From assembly GCF_036365525.1 (NCBI RefSeq), contig NW_027140453.1, forward strand, positions 186,001 through 250,000: 64,000 nucleotides of DNA, read 5' to 3'. The notes below the pieces were generated by a model. It was not told where the DNA came from. It worked only from the letters and a program-made list of their open reading frames with translations, and did not search any database. Below are positions 1 to 13,039 of this stretch, in pieces. The first letter of the stretch is position 1. Each line of letters starts with the position of its first letter. The position numbers and the translations under genes are program-made. The DNA comes from Heterodontus francisci. Its lineage: Eukaryota.

Positions 1-1985
1 CAGTGACTGAGGGGTGTGTGATACAGTGACTGAGGGGGATGTGATACAGTGACTGAGGGGAGTGTGATACAATGACAGAGGAAGTGTGATACAGTGACAG
101 AGGGGAGTGTGATGCAGTGTGTGAGGGGAGTGTGATACAGTGACTGAGGGGAGCATGATACAGTGACTGAGGGGTGTGTGATACAGTGACTGAGGGGAGC
201 ATGATACAGTGACTGAGGGGTGTGTGATACAGTGACTGAGGGGAGTGTGATACAATGACAGAGGAAGTGTGATACAGTGACAGAGGGGAGTGTGATGCAG
301 TGTGTGAGGGGAGTGTGATACAGTGACTGAGGGGAGCATGATACAGTGACTGAGGGGTGTGTGATACAGTGACTGAGGGGAGCATGATACAGTGACTGAG
401 GGGTGTGTGATACAGTGACTGAGGGGAGTGTGATACAATGACAGAGGAAGTGTGATACAGTGACAGAGGGGAGTGTGATGCAGTGTGTGAGGGGAGTGTG
501 ATACAGTGACTGAGGGAAGCATGATACAGTGACTGAGGGGTGTGTGATACAGTGACTGAGGGGAGTGTGATACAATGACAGAGGAAGTGTGATACAGTGA
601 CAGAGGGGAGTGTGATGCAGTGTGTGAGGGGAGTGTGATACAGTGACTGAGGGGAGCATGATACAGTGACTGAGGGGTGTGTGATACAGTGACTGAGGGG
701 AGTGTGATACAATGACAGAGGAAGTGTGATACAGTGACAGAGGGGAGTGTGATGCAGTGTGTGAGGGGAGTGTGATACAGTGACTGAGGGGAGCATGATA
801 CAGTGACTGAGGGGTGTGTGATACAGTCACTCAGGGAGTGTGATACAGTGACTGAGGGGAGTGTGATACAGTTACGGAGGGGAGTGTGATACAATGACAG
901 AGGAAGTGTGATACAGTGACAGAGGGGAGTGTGATGCAGTGTGTGAGGGGAGTGTGATACAGTGACTGAGGGGAGTGTGATACAATGACGGAGGAAGTGT
1001 GATACAGTGACAGAGGGGAGTGTGATGCAGTGTGTGAGGGGAGTGTGATACAGTGACTGAGGGGAGCATGATACAGTGACTGAGGGGTGTGTGATACAGT
1101 GACTGAGGGGAGTGTGATACAATGACAGAGGAAGTGTGATGCAGTGACAGAGGGGAGTGTGATGCAGTGTGTGAGGGGAGTGTGATACAGTGACTGAGGG
1201 GAGCATGATACAGTGACTGAGGGGTGTGTGATACAGTCACTCAGGGAGTGTGATACAGTGACTGAGGGGAGTGTGATACAGTTACGGAGGGGAGTGTGAT
1301 ACACTGACTGAGGTGAGTGGGACACAGTGACTGAGGGGAGTGTGATACAGTGTCTGAGGTTAGTATGATACAGTCACTGAGGGGATGTGATACAGTGTCT
1401 GAGGGGGATGTGATGCAGTGACTGAGGGTAGTGTGATATAGTGAGTGAGGGGAGTGCGATACAGTGTCTGAGGGGAGTGTGATACACTGACTGAGGGGAG
1501 TGGGATACAGTGACTGAAGGGAGTGTGATACAGTGACTGAGGGGACTGCGATACAGTGTCTGAGGGGAGTGTGAGACACTGTCTGAGGGGAGTGGGATAC
1601 AGTGACTGAGGGGAGTGTGATACACTGTCTGAGGGGAGTGTGAGACACTGTCTGAGGGGAGTGGGATACGGTGAACTGAAGGGTGTGTGATACAGTGACT
1701 GGGGGAGTGTGATACAGTGACTGAGTAGAGTGTGATACACTGTCTGAGGGGAGTGGAATGCAGTGACTGAAGGGAATATAATGCAGTGACTGAGGGGATT
1801 GTGATACAGTGAGCTGAAGGGAGTGCGATGCAGCGACTGAGGAGAGTGTGATACAGCGACAGACGGGAGTGGGATACAGCGACTGAGGGGAGTGTGATAC
1901 AGTGACTGAGGGGAATGTGATAAAGTGACTGAGGTGAGTGTAATGCAGTGACTGAGGGGACTGTGATAGAGACTGAGGGCAGCAT
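1..1985. repeat. 23-bp minisatellite (GTGTGATACAGTGACTGAGGGGA) with higher-order variant structure
   Basis: Continuous tandem copies; ORF translations cycle with a 23-aa (3x23 nt) period; runs off the window start. Confidence 0.95.
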
Positions 1986-2098
1986 GATGCTCAAACTCAG
2001 GAATCCGAGGAACAATCGACTAGAGAATCTACTGAGGTTTCATCCACTACCCACCGGGCTCTCGAAGCTGAGGTATCTGCTTTGTGGGGTTATCATCG

Positions 2099-2960
2099 CA
2101 GAATCATGGAATCAAAGACTGGTTACGGCACAGAAAGTTTCTGTTCAGCCCATCTTCACCGTGCCAGCTCTCTGGCAGTGCAACTCACCTACTCCCACTC
2201 CTGCCATTTTCCTGTCGCCCTGCAGATTGTTTCTGCCAGGACAATTATCCAATTCCCTTTTGAAAGCCTCAATTAAACCTGCCTCCAGCACACTCTCATG
2301 CAGTGCATTTCAGATCCTAACCACTCACTGTGTGAAAAGGTTTCCCTGTCTCTGTTGTGACTTTTACCACTCACCTAAAACCGTTGCTCTCTAGTTCTGG
2401 ATCCTCCCACCAAGAGGAACAGTTTTTCCCTGACTACTCTGTCCAGTTCCCTCTTGATTATGAACATCTTGCTCAAATCTCGTCTTAATCTTCTCTTCTC
2501 CACGGAGAACAGCCCCAGCTTCTCCGATCTATTCATGTCACTGACGTCCCTCATCCCGGGAACCATTCTGGTAAATCTTCTCTGCACCCTCTCGAATACC
2601 TTAACATCCTTCCTAAGTATTAACCGCTCTCTCGACCTGTCTTGCCACCTTCAATGATTTGTGCACATGTCCCCCCAGGTCCCTCTGCCCCTGCACCTCC
2701 TTTAGAATTGTAGCCTTTATTTTATATTGCCTCTCGTTCATCCGACCAAAATGAATCACTTCACAATTCTCTGTGATAAATTTCATTTGCCAGTGTCTGC
2801 CCATCCCACCAGCCTGTCTATAACCTCCTGACGTCTATTACTATCCTCCTCACAGTTCACAATACTTCCAGGTTTTTTGTCATCTGCAGATTTTGAAAGT
2901 GTGCCCTGTACGCCCCAGTCTATGTCATTAATATACATCAGGAAAAACAGTGGTCTGAGC
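2099..2960 (-). mobile_element. CR1-clade LINE, 3' RT fragment
   Basis: Minus-strand peptides YINDID..SKSADD, QRRFTRMVPGM, RRLRRDL typical of the CR1 ORF2 C-terminus. Confidence 0.9.
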
Positions 2961-3059
2961 AATATTAGAGAGCAAAGCACAGATGCACAGAGAATTGGGA
3001 GGGACAGATAACACTGGAGTCGATAAGAGTATCGTATTAGACGGGGGCAGTGGAAGAGG

Positions 3060-3310
3060 AAAGGACATAAGCTGTCAATTCAGTTTAATGTGTGTGTATA
3101 TGGATGCACGGACAGTGGTAAATAAGGTTGTTGAGCTTCAGGCGCAGATAGCCACGTGGAAATATGATGTTGTGGCAATTACAGGGTCCTGGCTCGAAGA
3201 TGGGCAGGACTGGGTAGTGAATATTCCTGACTACAAGGTGTTCAGGAAAGAGAGGGGAGGAAGGAAAGGAGGAGGGGTATCAGTATTGATTAAGGGGAAC
3301 ATTACAGTGC
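3060..3310 (+). mobile_element. CR1 LINE APE endonuclease fragment
   Basis: VVNKVVELQAQIATWKYDVVAITGSWL...YKVFRKER..RKGGGVSVLIK. Confidence 0.85.
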
Positions 3311-3694
3311 TGTTTTCTTTTCTCTCTCTTGTTCTCACTCATTCCAGATCTCCCTTACTCTTTTCTGTCTCACTCCTGTCGCCTTCCCTCCTTTTCTCTC
3401 ATTCCTGCTCTCTGTTGTTCTCTGACTCCACTTTCCCCCTGTCGTTTCACTGATCACTTTGATAATCTCCTGAATTTTCTCTGTTAGTTTTTTTTCCTTG
3501 TCGGAGTAGTAACTGATTCTGCAGCCGATGATGTCTGGTGTCTCCCCTCGGTAAAGGCTGGTATACATTGATTCAGTGTGTAGAGTGAGTGAGATTACAT
3601 ACGAGAGGAGGTTCTGTGTTAAAACACTTCTGTCCACTCATCCAGCGTTCTGAATCCCAGTGAAATTCCTCTTGTCTTTATTTGATCCTCTCAG

Positions 3695-5545
3695 ACTCGG
3701 GGATTCCGTCTACTCCCGAGGAACCTCCCGACTCCCAGCCTGTTTCTGATGACGGTGGGAACGTTTCAGATCCTCCACATTTCAGGAATATTAAATCGCT
3801 CCTGCTGTCTCAGTCTGGCACAAATATATCAGGACCGAGGGCCTCCAAACAGCTGTGTGATCGTTCTGTGTAGGGAAACCCATCGTTCTCACTCTCTCTC
3901 TGTCTCTCTCTCTGTCTTGTCTGTGCTGTCAGACAAGAGTTGCAATCACTTGTGTTCAGCATGAGTGGATACATTGGGAAACACAGAAACGTAAACGTTC
4001 AGAAATTCCTTCAGAAATATCTTTGAGCTTCTATCTCACATCCCTCTCTCTGTAACTCTCAGTTTTATCTCTGTCTCTCTGTTTCTCCTTTATCTGCCTT
4101 TCACACGCATATATAAATATATTTCATTTCTGTAACCGCCTCTCTCCGATGTGGGTCTCAGTTTCTCCAGCTCCCTCTTTCGCCTCACTCTGTCTCCCAC
4201 TCTCTCTGATGTTCTGTCTCCCTGTCTGTCTCTCTGACTCTCACTTTCTCTTTCTCTGTCTCTCTCACAGATGCTCTTTGTCTGTCTCTCTGTCTTTGTC
4301 TTTGTCAGAGGGACAGAGAGCATCAGAGAGAGAGAGAGAGAGTGAGAGTGATCGACAGAGACAGAGAAAAGGGCAGTGAGACTGGAGTAAACACGGAATG
4401 CAAATGATCTTGGGAGATGGAACAAGAGGCAACAGAGAAGAGAGTGCAGGATAGAGGATGATAACACAGGGAGGGCAGATTAGAGACAAGACGAGTTGAG
4501 ATAGAGAGAATAACAGAGACAGATGAACAAACGAGTGGTTGACAAACTGGAGGAAAGAGAGTTTAAATTAGAGAGGAGAGATCATTCGAAATACGTCCCG
4601 TGCCCTGTGCTAAACTCTGGGTGTGTTCAACCTGTTGATGTTGCGACTGTTGTGTTTAGATACCAAATACAAGAGGATTAATGTGAAGATCACTTCAATG
4701 ACTGATCTGGATGATGAAACTGCAAAGAGAATCGTTGTGGAGAGGGTGAGAGACTGCACTGTATAGAGGAGAAACACGGGCGGCAACAGATCCTCTCTCT
4801 CACTGTCTGTATTCACTGAATGGGAACTCCAGGTCATTATTTAAACAGCTCTAATTCCCCCTCTGCTTATCTTCTGGTCCCCCAGATCAGGCTTGTGAGG
4901 GGTTGAATGGGCTTCCTCCTGAGCCTGTGTGAAAGGCTGGAGAGGGGGTGAGGGGGCTGAATGGCCTTCTCCTGTTCCTGTGTAATAACTCGAACGAGGG
5001 GCTGAATGGCCTCCTCCTGTTCCTGTGTAACAGACTAGAGGGGATGAATGGCCTCCTCGTTGTACGGTAACCTCTCTCTGATCTTCCCTCTCACTCTCCC
5101 CATTCTCTCTTTATGTCCTTTCTATCTCTGTCTCTTTCTCTGCCTCGCTCACCCACTCTGTATTTCTCTTTCTTTGTCTTTCTTTCTGTCTGTGTCTGTC
5201 TCTCCCTCACTGCATCTCTGACGACCTCTCGCTCTCACGCCCTCTGTTTCTCTACCTCTGTCACAATCCCTGTAGCTCTCCCACCCTCCCTCTGCATCTC
5301 TCCCTCTATCTGAGTATCTTTGCCTCACCCTGTCTCTCACTGTCTTGTCCCCACCCTCTCTCCCGATCTCTGTCTGTATGCTCTCTGTCTATTTCTATTC
5401 ACTCCTCCCCTTGCAGTAATACTCATCGTTTCTCCTCTCTGCGATGCAGATGAAGCACATGTTCCAGGATCAGTGTCCACACACGAAGCTCGAATTGGAT
5501 CCAGAAGACGTTCAGTGCTCGGCTAGTGAGCCTGTGGAAGTGTGA
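3695..5545 (+). CDS. Last three coding exons of an unidentified gene (3695-3754, 4660-4745, 5450-5545)
   Basis: AG/GT-bounded exons with matching phases (1-1, 1-0, 0-stop) splice to DSGIPSTPEEPPDSQPVSDDDTKYKRINVKITSMTDLDDETAKRIVVERMKHMFQDQCPHTKLELDPEDVQCSASEPVEV*. Confidence 0.55.
4880..5060 (+). repeat. Short tandem array of a CR1 3'-end motif (GGGCTGAATGGCCTCCTCCTGTTCCTGTGTAA)
   Basis: About four degenerate copies of the LINE 3' terminal motif. Confidence 0.6.
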
Positions 5546-6164
5546 AGGTGTTTGGACATGTCAACAAGCATCCAACACGTGTGATCCAGTCTCTGTGTGT
5601 TTTACATCCTCACTCAATCACTGTACCATCTTATCTTCACCTTGTTTAACTCAAGGAAATTGTCAGCAAAGGGTTAATCTCCGACTAGAAGTATGCTAAT
5701 GTTATACTGTAATTGGTGTGTCTTTATACTGCAGGGGTGTGGGAGCTTTAAGCTATTGCTTTGTTAAATAGAGAAGTACGATCCCATTTGTATACAGTGA
5801 CCACTGGTCAGCTGAACCCAGACTAACCTGACAGCTCTGGCCAGTTTCAGGATGAAGTGATCTCAGGTTTAATGAGGGAGTTTCTTTAAAGATCTACCAT
5901 TGAGTAGAGGTCCCTAAGCTTCATGGAGCTGTCAGCACTGAGAATTGGGGCAAGGAAAACAGTTCGTCCTTGTCCAAGGAGAACCTCAGGGGAGATAACA
6001 TCTTTTAAATTGAGGGTTCATGCAGAATGGGGGATCGGTTAATGCTGAACTTTGCAGAATCAAAATATATTGAAAAGGAAAGCTTTCATTGAGTACAAAG
6101 CATTTATGTGTGGCATATGTCAAATGTTTAATAACAAAGGAAGGGAGTTATACTGAGCTCAGGA

Positions 6165-6700
6165 ACCTAATGCTGACAACACTCCATCTCAATAACACCT
6201 CTGTGAATGCTTCCATTGTCTCTGCTCTGCCACACTGCTTGTCTAACATCCAATACTGGATGAGCAGTTATTTTCTCCTACTAAATATTGGGAAGACTGA
6301 AGCCAATGTCTGTGGTCCCCGACACAAATGTCATTCTTGGACCACCGACACCATCTCTGGTACCTGTCTGAAACTGATCAAGACAGTTTTCAGCCTTTGT
6401 TGTTGTGTTTGACCCCGAGATGAGTTTCCGACCACATATCCACACCATCACCAAGACTGTCCATTTCCACCTCCATACCATCTCTCGACTCCGCCCCTGC
6501 TTCAGCTCATCTGCTGCTGGAACCCTCATCAGTGCCTCTGTTACCTCCAGACTGGACTATTCCAATACTCTCCTGGCCAACCGCACATCCTTCACACTTC
6601 CTGATCAGATCCTCATACAAACATTTGCTGCCTGTGTCTTAACTCACTCCGAACCCTGTTCACCCATAACCCCTGGAACTATTGCCATTCACTGACTCCC
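6165..6700 (+). mobile_element. L2-like LINE RT fragment
   Basis: Peptides LLLNIGKTEA, FDPEMSFRPHI, SRLDYSN. Confidence 0.8.
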
Positions 6701-6879
6701 TGCTCCTCTCCAATTTCCCAATATTAACATCCTGATCAGTCTGTTGAACTGTTGTGAAATGACTCATTGGTCACAACTCTCTGGTGCAACAATGTAAAAC
6801 GTCTGCAATAAGTGAACATGGCTGTGTATCTTCCATTGATGGACATTCAAACAAGGAGAGCTGCAGCATGGAAAGGCCT

Positions 6880-7256
6880 TTTAACGTGTTTGACTTCCTG
6901 ACCACCCAGTGTGATTGTAAATCTGATTGTAAACTGTGTGTTTAAAGTTTTATTGCATTCTCTGTCTGCTCAATATATCTATGGACGCTAAACCTGACCG
7001 TCTCAAGAAGCTGATTGATTTTGCTGGAATGGCTTTCCCATCTGATCATGGAAATCCAGTGTTTTTTTGTTCTGGGAGGGAACACTCACTGTTAAATGAT
7101 TGCTGAGGGCTGAGATCAGAAGGGATGTGACTGTACGTGGTGGGACTGCCCAGCATTCCCCAAACCTTGTGCTACTCCATTCTATTCTGGTCTGTGCTTC
7201 CACCCTGGATAATCCAGCTCATTCAAGGCCTGACAGAGGAAAATGAGAAATCCTGA
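6880..7256 (+). repeat. ~375-bp segment, inverted copy at 15998-16372
   Basis: Reverse-complement match along its whole length. Confidence 0.85.
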
Positions 7257-8360
7257 CCTTTCAAAAGGCTTTTGATACAGTTCCACACATCAGACTTGTG
7301 AGCAAACATGTAGCTCTTGGAATACATAGGACGGTAGCAACATGGATTACGAAATTGGCTGAGTGACAGGAAACAGAGAATAGTGGTTAATGGATGTTTT
7401 TCGGACTGGAGAAAGGTTTGTAGTGGAGTTCCCCAGGGATCAGTGTTGGGACCCTTGCTTTTCCTGATATATATTAATGTCCTTGACCTCGGTGTACAGG
7501 GCACAATTTCAAAATTTGCAGATGATACGAAACTTGGAAGCATTGTGAACTGTGAGGAGGATAGTGTAGAACTTCAAAAGGACAGGCCTGGACAGAGTAG
7601 ACACTGTTCCCACTCGTGAAAGGATAGAGAACGAGAGGGCACAGATTTAAAGTATTTGGTAAGAGAAGCAAAAGTGAGATGAGGAAACAAGTTTTCACGC
7701 AGCGAGTGGTTAAGGTCTGGAATGCACTGCCTGAGAACATGGTGGAGGCAGATTCAACTGAAACATTTAAAATAAAATTAGACAGTTACATGAAATGGAA
7801 GAATTTGCAGGGTTACAGGAAGAGGCCGGGGGAGTGGAACTGAGTGAGTTGCCCTTTCAGGGAGCCGGTGCAGACACGATGGGCCGAATGGCCTCCTTCT
7901 GCGTGGTCACAGTTTTGTGATTCCATGATTATTATGAGGAACGTTTGAAGAGGTTGGGCAGATACTCATTGCAGTTTAGAAAAATGAACCATGTAAGATT
8001 CTGACAGGGCTTGACTGGGTAGATGCTGAGTGGATGTTCCTCCTCGTGGGGGAATCTAGAACTTGGGGGCACAATTTCAGAATAAGGGGGTCTCCCATTT
8101 AAGATGGAGATGAGGCGGATATTTTTCTCTCAGAGAATTGTGAGTCTGTGGAACTCCGTTCCATGGAGAGCAACGGAGGCTGGGTCATTGAATATATTCA
8201 AGCCTGACTTAGACAGATTTTGATTCGACAAGGGAGTCGGGGTTATAGAGGGCAGAAAGGAAAGTGGAGTTAAAGCGCCAATCAGATCAGCCATGATCTT
8301 ATAGAATGGCTGAGCAGGCTCGAGGGGCCGAATGGCCTACTCCTTGCACCCATTTCGTTT
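7257..8360 (+). mobile_element. Two adjacent CR1 LINE 3' fragments
   Basis: SGVPQGSVLGPLLFLIYIN...KFADDTKLG RT core; two 3' ends with GGGCCGAATGGCCT. Confidence 0.9.
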
Positions 8361-8869
8361 AATCTTACTGACTGCCCAATTCAATACCGGGGTAGTTAAA
8401 GTCTCAAATCATCACATAATTTTTTTCACCCCTCAGTTATTTCTTTACAGCTCTGCTCCTCTATGTCCTTCCTGCTCAATGGCAGCTAATAAAATACCTG
8501 CAAAGTAAAAATGTTTGTCAGAAGATGCTCACAGTCGGAGAACAGTGGACTGTTCATATCAGAGGCACAGATAAGATCTCCCACAGGCCACAGGTACACA
8601 TTCAGCAACATATGCAAACAACAATGAGCAAAGCCAGAGAGCTGGGAGAAGGCTTTTGTCGGCAGTACACACGACACTGTGAGGCCACTGAGCAGATATC
8701 AATGTTCCTGCTGTTGTGCCCCTGACATTGGGACTACAATGAATTTGCATTTACAGTCAAGCATTGCCCAGGTTACATTGCAGAAAGATGAATGAATTCT
8801 GCCCACTTGAGGGAGTTATTGAGAGAACCCTCGCCCACGACTGACACATTGCACCAATGGGAAAATACT

Positions 8870-9000
8870 GCTGATGCTGGAACTGTGAAACACAAACAGA
8901 ACAAGCTGGGAATATTCAGTAGGTCTGGCAGCATCTGTGGAGAGAGAAACAGAGTTAACGTTTCAGCTTGGTGAGCCTTCTTCAGAACGGCAATGGTGAA
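8870..9000. mobile_element. Penelope-type repeat terminal fragment (similar pieces near 42360-42900 and 61830-61900)
   Basis: AAATACTGC.GATGCTGG...GCATCTGTGGAGAGAGAAACAGAGTTAACGTTTCAG motif recurring in the window; class assignment from memory. Confidence 0.5.
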
Positions 9001-9054
9001 AGATGGAACAGGTCTTAATAAAGTACAGAGGCAGGGAAAGGGACAAAACAGCAA

Positions 9055-10640
9055 TTTATAATACTACAGCACCTTTAACGTAATAAAACTTGCCAAGGCT
9101 CTTCGCAGGAGCATCATAAAGACAGTATGAAACTGAGTGACAGAAGGAAAGATTCGGTCAGACGATCAAAAGCTCAGTCAAAGAGGTAGGTTTCAAGGAG
9201 AATTTTAAATTGGAAAGTGAGGTGGAGAGGCGGAGAGGTGGAGGGAAGCAATTCCAGAGCTTAGGCTGAAGGCAACTGAAGGTGCGGCCACCAGTGGTTG
9301 AACGATTAAGGTCGGGGTTGCTCAAAAGCCCAGTTTTTGAGGATCCAGAGATTGCGGGAGGTTGTAGGGGCTGGAGGACGTTACAGAGGGAGGGAGGGCT
9401 TTAGGTGCAGGTGGATGTTACAGAAATAGGGAGGGCTCGAGGTGCTGGAGGTGGTAAAAGATATGGAGGGCTCTAGGGACTGGAGGAGGTTTCAGAGATA
9501 GGGGGGCTGTTGGGGCTGGAGGTGGTTAGAGAGATAGGGAGGGTTTTCGGGCTGGAGGCTGTTACAGAGTTAGGGAGGGTTGCAATGGCTGGAGGAGGTT
9601 ACAGAGATAGGGATGGCTGCTGAGACTGTAGGAAGTTTCAGATATAAGGAGGGCTGTCAGGGCTGGAGGAAGTTAAAGAGATATCGAGAGTTGGAGGGAC
9701 TGAAGGGGGTTACATAGATAGGGAGTGTTGTAGGACTGGAGGCAGTTACAGAGATAGTGACGGTTGCAATAGCTGGAGTAGGTAAGAGAGACAAGGGAGG
9801 GTTGTAGGTGCTGGAGGACGTTACAGAGAAAGCGAGGGCATTAGGGGATGGAGGAGGTTACAGAGATAGGGAGGGTTGTAGGAGCTGGAGGTGGCAACAG
9901 AGAGAGAGAGGATGCTGAGACTGGTGGAGGTTACAGAGATAGGGAGGGTTGTAGAGACTGGAGAAGGTTACAGAGATAGGGATAGTTGTAGAGACTGGTG
10001 GAGGTTACAGAGATAGGGAGGGTTGTAGAGACTGGTGGAGGTTACAGAGATAGGGAGGGTTGTAGAGACTGGAGGAGGTTACAGAGATAGGGAGGGTTGG
10101 AGAGACTGGTGGAGGTTACAGAGATAGGGAGGGTTGTAGAGACTGGTGGAGATTACAGAGATAGGGAGGGGAAAGGCCATGGGGGGATTAGAGGACAAGG
10201 ACGAGAATTTTAAAATGTGGATGTTGCTTGACCGGGAGCCAATGTCGGGCAGCGAGCACAGGAGTGACAGGGGAACGGGACTTGGAGTAGCTGAAGACAC
10301 AGGCAGAAGAGTTTTAGATTACCTCAGGTTTGCAGAAAGTGGGAGAGCATCAGGAGTGTCTTGACATTGTGAAGTCTAGAGCTGACAAAGGCGTGAATGA
10401 AGGTTTCAGCCGCAGATCAGCTGAAACAGGGGCGAGTTTGGGTGATGTTACAGAGGTGGAAATGGGCAGCGTTAGTGATGGTGCCTACATGAGGTCAGAA
10501 GCCCATTTCGGCATCAAATGTGACACCAGCCTTTCGAACAGACTGGGTTAAACTCAGACTGCTGCCAGGGAGAGGGATAGAGTCAGTAGTAAAAGATTGG
10601 AGTTTGGAGCGGAAACTGGAAACAATAGCTTCAGTCATGA
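9055..10640 (-). mobile_element. L2-like LINE with an internal expanded 37-bp minisatellite (9370-10170)
   Basis: L2-like sequence on both sides of tandem GGAGGAGGTTACAGAGATAGGGAGGGTTGTAGAGACT units. Confidence 0.75.
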
Positions 10641-12170
10641 GGGCAGTACTGAGGGAGTGCTGCACTGTTAGAGGGTCAGTACTGAGGGCGTGTTGCACTG
10701 TCAGAGGGTCTGTACTGAGAGAGTGCTGCACTGTCAGAGCGGCAGTACTGAGTGAGTGCTGCACTGTTAGAGGGTCAGTACTGAGGGCGTTTGCACTGTC
10801 AGAGGGTCTGTACTGAGAGAGTGCTGCACTGTCAGAGGGTCAATACTGAGGGAGTGCTGCACTGTCAGAGGGTCAGTATTGAGGGCGTGTTGCACTGTCA
10901 GAGGGTCTGTACTGAGTGAGTGCTGCACTGTCAGAGGGTCTGTACTGAGTGAGTGCTGCACTGTCAGAGGGTCAGTACTGAGTGAGTGCTGCACTGTCAG
11001 AGGGTCTGTACTGAGGGAGTGCTGCACTGTCAGAGGGTCAGTACTGAGGGAGTGCTGCACTTTCAGAGGGGCAGTACTGAGTGAGTGCTGCACTGTCAGA
11101 GGGTCTGTACTGAGTGAGTGCTGCACTGTCAGAGGGTCTGTACTGAGTGAGTGCTGCACTGTCAGAGGGTCAGTACTGAGTGAGTGCTGCACTGTCAGAG
11201 GGTCAGTACTGAGTGAGTGCTGCACTGTCAGAGGGTCAGTATTGAGAGAGTGCTGCACTGCCTGAGGGGCAGCACTGAGGGAGAGCTGCACTGTCAGAGC
11301 GGCAATACTGATGGAGTGCTGCAGTGTCAGATGGGCAGTACTGAGGGAGTGCTGCACTGAAAGAGGGGCAGTATTGAGGGAGTCCTGCACTGTCAGATGG
11401 GCAGTACCAAGAGAGTGCCGCACTGTTGGAGGGTCAGTACTGAGGGAGTGTCGCACTGTCGGAGGGTCAGCACTGACGGCGTGCCACACTGACAGAGGGT
11501 CAGTACTGAGGGAGTGCTGCACTGTCAGATGGTCAGTACTGAGGGAGTGCTGCCCTGTTGGAAGGTCAGTACTGAGGGAATGTTACACTGTCGGAGCATC
11601 AGTACTGAGGGAGCGCTGCACTTTCAGAGGGGCAGTACTGAGGGAGTGCTGCACTTTCAGAGGGGCAGTACTGAGGGAGTGCTGCACTGTCAGAGGGTCA
11701 GTACTGAGGGAATGTTACACTGTCAGAGGGTCAGTACTGAGTGAGTGCTGCACTGTCAGAGGGTCAGTACTGAGGGCGTTTGCACTGTCAGAGGGTCTGT
11801 ACTGAGTGAGTGCTGCACTGTCAGAGCGGCAGTACTGAGTGAGTGCTGCACTGTCAGGATGCCCTCTTTCAGATGTCACATTAAACAGAGACTCCATCCT
11901 CTTACTCCCGTGGATATAAACAGTCCCATTGGACTATTTTGAAGAAACACAGGGGAGTTCTCCCTGGTGTCCTGGCCAATAATTATCCCTCCATCAACGT
12001 CATTAAAACAGATTACCTGGTCATTCTCACATTGCTGTTTGTGGGAGCTTGCTGTGCACAAATCAGCTGCCATGATTCTTACATTACAACAGTGACTACA
12101 CTGCAGCAAAACAAGCATTTCATTGGCTGTGACACACTTTGGCAGGTGGTCGTGAGGGACGATATAAAAT
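10640..12170 (+). repeat. 33-bp minisatellite (10640-11860) running into a DeuSINE-like SINE body (11860-12170)
   Basis: GTACTGAGGGAGTGCTGCACTGTCAGAGGGTCA units; the last unit continues into TGCC.TCTTTCAGATG..ACATTAAACAGAG...GTGTCCTGGCCAA, recognisable as a Deu domain. Confidence 0.8.
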
Positions 12171-13039
12171 AGCCTGTCAATAACTCCCTCTTTCTATTTG
12201 ATATTGAAAGTCCAAGTGAATCGCTGTTTCACCTGGAAGGAGAGTTTGGGGTCCTGGACGGTTGCTGACATATTGAAGCACTTTATCATGAGAATGATCT
12301 GTCTGGGACACTCAGTGTCCATTTATGTTCTAATATACACAGCCTATTGCTCAAAACTGACACATTACTGATATGGGAGGTATTTATCCTGTGAATATTT
12401 TCTGTCGGATACTCAGTGTCCATTAATCTGAGAGGATACAGAGCACATTGCCACAATATGACCCAGTACTGATGTCGTGCCAGTCAGATGAGTCTCACAG
12501 ACTGAGGACAATGGACTGTTTAGATCAGAGGCACAGATAGGATCTCCCGAAAAGGCACCGGTACATATTCAGGTACATAGGCAAACAAGAGTGAAGACAG
12601 CCAGAGAGGGAGAGAGAGAGAGAGGGAGAGAGCTGTGAGAGTCGCTGTGTAACCAGGAAATGTGACATTGTGAAGCCTCTGCCCAGCTATCAATGGACCA
12701 GAGACTGACTGCTGGTCACACCCTAACATTGGGACAATGATGGGACTGCGATGGGCTCTGTATTTAAATTTCAAGTCAAACATTGCCAAGGGTGTATTTC
12801 TCGAAGCATTAATCTGTATATCTGAGGGAGTTATTGATAGGCTATTGTCAAATACTGACCCATTACTGATATGGCTGGGATTAATATCAGAACCATAGCT
12901 AGGGGCTGATGGATTCAAACATGGAATTCTGGGAAAGCTGGGCACAGCTTGTTCCAGGATTTCGGAGAGGAAAGGGAGGTTGGAGATGGGTCAGTATTTT
13001 GTAAGGACAGAGGAGTCAAGGGTTGCTTCTTTTGAAGGA

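Noticed and set aside
831-2015. Several 120-210-aa minus-strand ORFs
   Set aside because: Satellite translations in all three frames.
3488-3550. Possible extra upstream exon FFFLVGVVTDSAADDVWCLPS
   Set aside because: It ends in phase 0 while the next exon needs phase 1, so it cannot be supported without transcripts.
4398-4435. J-like LGDGTR peptide and an ATGCAAAT octamer
   Set aside because: No Phe/Trp-G-x-G, no 12-RSS upstream and no splice donor; lies in intronic GA-rich DNA.
10767-11805. Periodic ORFs or a CRISPR-like array
   Set aside because: Tandem units without unique spacers, no cas genes, and vertebrate context.
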